A DNA stretch of 10,510 bases, from contig JBBIPN010000045.1 in NCBI GenBank assembly GCA_037442825.1, positions 1 through 10,510 on the forward strand, given 5' to 3'. A program made the position numbers and the translations under genes. This document shows, piece after piece, positions 7,947 to 10,510 of this stretch; the stretch's first letter is position 1; each line of letters opens with the position of its first letter. Source of the stretch: Sulfurihydrogenibium sp. GTDB taxonomy: Bacteria > Aquificota > Aquificia > Aquificales > Hydrogenothermaceae. Below the pieces are notes generated by a model. That model made no database searches. It saw nothing but the letters and a program-made list of their open reading frames with translations, and was not told where the DNA came from.

Positions 7947-9730
7947 TTTTCTGCTTCCAAACTGTAAAAGTTTAGTTTATCGCTATTTTTCTGCTGTAAT
8001 TTAAAAAATATATCATACATCTCATTAGCTTTGATAATATATCCATTTTCTTCAAGTTTCTTTCCATAAAAAATATAAAAATTTGAAAAAACTCTACAAA
8101 GAGTTAAAGTATAGTAATCATCTGAATTATGATTTAAACAGTCTTGTAATAATGTTTTAAACAACTGTTCTTTTAAACCTAAAGAAGATATATCAAAATT
8201 ATTTTCACTATTAAGACTGTTTTTTTCTTTTGCCATATAAACTAATCCAACATATTTTACATCTAATACTTCATTAAAAACACTATCTTTTGGAAAACCA
8301 GAATTTAGAAAAATTCTATTATTTTTAGCATAATAAGTTAAATGATTGTTTACTAAAAATTCTCTGTAAATATTTTTGTATAAATCTATTGGTAAGCATC
8401 CCCTTGTGTATAGCTTATTATCTTCTATTCCATATTCTAAGGAGCACACATCATTTCTAAAATTATTTAAAACTTTTAAATACCAAATTCCAAACGAAAG
8501 ATTATCTCCTTGTGTTAAAAATAATGAGTTTTTTGGTAATGAAGCTAAAAAAGATTTGGTATAAGTATAAGGAACATAGTTATTTATAAAATTTTGATCT
8601 TGAAATCTTTGAACATAATTTAAAATGCCAGGAAAAATTACTGCAAATATAAAGATCTTTTTTGCTATATATAAATTTTTAGACTCTAAATAAACTACAA
8701 TCCTATAAACAGCTAATCCTATGAAAATAAAAGAAAAGAAGAACATTGGTAGATAGTACTGATGGCCTGATATATACCAATCTTTTAATTGAAGATTTTC
8801 ACCTGCTAATGTCATTTTTGCTAAAAAATATGAATATAAAAAGAAATTAAGTATAAAAATAGAAAATAATTTTTTGTTTTCTTTAAATAGTAAAAAAATA
8901 CCTAGTATTAAAAGTAAAATAAAAAAGTAATTTAAATTTAGTAAAAGTAATTTTGATACATTCAATAAAGGAAAAAGTAAAATATGAAAATCATTTTGAT
9001 ATACTGCACTATTTAAAGAATCCAAAGAAGAAGTACTATAATTTTTACGAAGATAATAATTTATAAATTCAGAAAAATTATTTATAGATGAATATTTAAT
9101 ACTATAGTCGTTTAAACTTCTAATTTTTAAATATCCAAAATTTAGTAGAAAAAAGAAAATCAAGATAGTAAAACCAATAAAGTAATCTCGCAAATTAAAA
9201 AATTTATTAAATAAAATTACTAAAATCAAACTTAAAAGTACAAACAAACCTGTATGGTGGTTTAGAGATATTAAACCAAATATTATTATAGATATGAAAA
9301 AATACTTTTCTTCTTTTGATATAAAGAACTTGAGAACGAAATATATAAATGAAGATATTAAAAAAAGATTTAATGTATAAAATTTTATTACTATAGACTG
9401 ACCAAAAAAAGAGTAAATTGATGATAGTAAAAATATAGCTATAAGAGATATATATCTAGGTATTTTAAGTAATATTAGTGTCTTTTTTAGTATAAATAAA
9501 GAAAGTAATGCAAATAAAACTGAAATTAATACCATTCTTTCTGAAATACTACCTATAGGAATAAATGATATAAATTTTAAAATCAAGGAATATAAAGAGT
9601 AACCAGAAGGATGTGCAATGCTAAGTGTAAAACCAATAGCTGAAAATTCAGCTCCATCGCCTGTTGAATATACAGGAAATGATAGAAAGATATATACAGT
9701 ACCTATAAAAATAAATAAAATATAAGTCAT
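7943..9730 (-). CDS. DUF2723 / TMEM260-like GT-C protein O-glycosyl(mannosyl)transferase
   Basis: After TM1 comes the family signature TGDGAEFSAIGFTLSIAHPSGYSLY (cf. GDSGELxxAAxxLGxAHPPGYPL). Later motifs are QSIVIKFYTLN, LISLNHHT and the periplasmic FLTQGDNLSFGIWY (cf. GDNxxFxLWY). About 11 TM segments are followed by a soluble C-terminal domain. The start was moved from TTG 9742 to ATG 9730, which overlaps the upstream stop (ATGA). Confidence 0.82.
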   Translation of the reverse strand: MTYILFIFIGTVYIFLSFPVYSTGDGAEFSAIGFTLSIAHPSGYSLYSLILKFISFIPIGSISERMVLISVLFALLSLFILKKTLILLKIPRYISLIAIFLLSSIYSFFGQSIVIKFYTLNLFLISSFIYFVLKFFISKEEKYFFISIIIFGLISLNHHTGLFVLLSLILVILFNKFFNLRDYFIGFTILIFFFLLNFGYLKIRSLNDYSIKYSSINNFSEFINYYLRKNYSTSSLDSLNSAVYQNDFHILLFPLLNVSKLLLLNLNYFFILLLILGIFLLFKENKKLFSIFILNFFLYSYFLAKMTLAGENLQLKDWYISGHQYYLPMFFFSFIFIGLAVYRIVVYLESKNLYIAKKIFIFAVIFPGILNYVQRFQDQNFINNYVPYTYTKSFLASLPKNSLFLTQGDNLSFGIWYLKVLNNFRNDVCSLEYGIEDNKLYTRGCLPIDLYKNIYREFLVNNHLTYYAKNNRIFLNSGFPKDSVFNEVLDVKYVGLVYMAKEKNSLNSENNFDISSLGLKEQLFKTLLQDCLNHNSDDYYTLTLCRVFSNFYIFYGKKLEENGYIIKANEMYDIFFKLQQKNSDKLNFYSLEAEK

Positions 9731-10152
9731 TCTACAGTACAAATAATAGCATTATTGTTTAAATTGCATTTTGCTTTATAATCACTTACAGTATTTATTT
9801 TGCCTATTATAGTTCCATCTGATATATTACCACCTTCTGCACATACTACATTACCAGTTATATTTATACTTAAATTGTATTCAAGCACATTAGATGTTCT
9901 ACAATTTTTTAAATCTATATTTGAAACATCTATAGATGTAGGAGTAGATGGATTTAAATCAATACAATAAGCTATTATATCTTTAGCACATGCATTTGTT
10001 ATAGGCAAAGCAAAACTGCTTACTTTTGATTTATTTTGATATTTTATATATATAGGTATTGCCATAGATGAAAGTATAGATATAATCGCTATAACGATTA
10101 TAAGTTCTATTAAAGTGAAGCCGGCCAAAGACCGGCTTTTTTCAGATATCAT
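9727..10152 (-). CDS. Type IV pilin-like protein (second, probably minor, pilin) with class III signal peptide
   Basis: MISEKSRSLAG|FTLIELIIVIAIISILSSMAIP gives a prepilin peptidase site with E5. The protein has 6 Cys. The RBS TAAGGTG overlaps the upstream stop codon. Confidence 0.92.
   Translation of the reverse strand: MISEKSRSLAGFTLIELIIVIAIISILSSMAIPIYIKYQNKSKVSSFALPITNACAKDIIAYCIDLNPSTPTSIDVSNIDLKNCRTSNVLEYNLSINITGNVVCAEGGNISDGTIIGKINTVSDYKAKCNLNNNAIICTVE
10116..10142. terminator. GC-rich hairpin, candidate bidirectional/leaky intrinsic terminator downstream of the major pilin
   Basis: Perfect 7-bp inverted repeat AAGCCGG (10118-10124) / CCGGCTT (10132-10138). On the minus-strand RNA it extends to AAGCCGGUC-UUU-GGCCGGCUU, followed by CACUUUA. 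On the plus strand it ends in T6 (10137-10142). It lies about 24 nt after the pilin stop codon. Confidence 0.6.
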
Positions 10153-10161
10153 GTCAACACC

Positions 10162-10510
10162 TTATTTAACTGTACACTTAATTCCCGTTGTAGTAGCATA
10201 ACATTCAGCAGTATAATCACTAACGCCAGCAAGTCGTGCTGTAACTGTTCCTCCTGATGAGACTGTTCCATCGCTACCACATGTTGCAGCTGTTACAGTT
10301 AGTGTCACATTTCCTCCTGGAGTACTTTGAGTAGTAGCGCAGTTTTGTAAAGTGGCTGGTGTTGTTGCACCAGGATTTTCTGTACAGTAAGCTACCATAT
10401 CCATTAAACATCCTCTTGCTATAGGTTCAGCATAAGAACTTACTCTTGCTTTTTGTTGGTACTTCATGTACTGTGGTATTGCTATTGATGCTAAGATAGC
10501 AATAATAGCA
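10162..10510 (-). CDS. pilA: Type IV major pilin (5'-truncated by window edge)
   Basis: The frame is open upstream of the ORF-track Met (10467) to the window edge and reads AIIAILASIAIPQYMKYQQKARVS, the type IVa pilin alpha-1 helix. It has 6 Cys and is first in the visible operon, followed by a hairpin. Higher GC and the hairpin are consistent with a highly expressed major subunit; 'major' is an inference. Confidence 0.85.
   Translation of the reverse strand, partial: AIIAILASIAIPQYMKYQQKARVSSYAEPIARGCLMDMVAYCTENPGATTPATLQNCATTQSTPGGNVTLTVTAATCGSDGTVSSGGTVTARLAGVSDYTAECYATTTGIKCTVK

Noticed and set aside
8376..8564. 62-aa plus-strand ORF
   Set aside because: It is antisense within the DUF2723 gene, has a non-ATG start and shows no motif.
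9817..9885. N-glycosylation sequons in the second pilin (EYNLS, NIT, NIS)
   Set aside because: No STT3/PglB-type enzyme is visible in the window, and sequons are expected by chance in an Asn-rich protein.
10162..10510. Electrically conductive (e-pilin) interpretation
   Set aside because: The pilin has a full-length globular head and few aromatic residues, unlike short aromatic-dense Geobacter-type pilins.
1..10510. CRISPR arrays, tRNA/rRNA genes, IS elements or integrases
   Set aside because: No regularly spaced repeats, structured RNA gene signatures, transposase motifs or terminal inverted repeats were seen.

Overview
Very AT-rich bacterial window in which two glycan loci converge. The pilin style and AGGT-type RBSs loosely suggest a thermophile such as Aquificota, but this is unverified. 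Left (+ strand): the end of a surface-polysaccharide cluster, made up of the 3' end of UDP-galactopyranose mutase glf, a translationally coupled putative GT-B glycosyltransferase, a decayed wzz-like remnant, and a membrane protein with weak RDD-like features. Right (- strand, 2434..>10510): a gap-free 9-gene operon in the order Thr-rich type IV pilin (5'-truncated) > paralogous Asn-rich pilin > DUF2723/TMEM260-like GT-C > membrane-anchored TPR-like protein > GT4 > polyprenol-phosphate hexose (Ppm1/DPM1-like) synthase > GT2 > GT4 > Wzx-like flippase. The main hypothesis is a dedicated pilin O-glycosylation system built around a bacterial homologue of the eukaryotic O-mannosyltransferase TMEM260, possibly using a monophosphate-lipid-linked oligosaccharide. 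A GC-rich terminator-like hairpin embedded in the leader-peptide codons of the second pilin may set the expression ratio. All family calls come from motif recognition by eye, not database searches.
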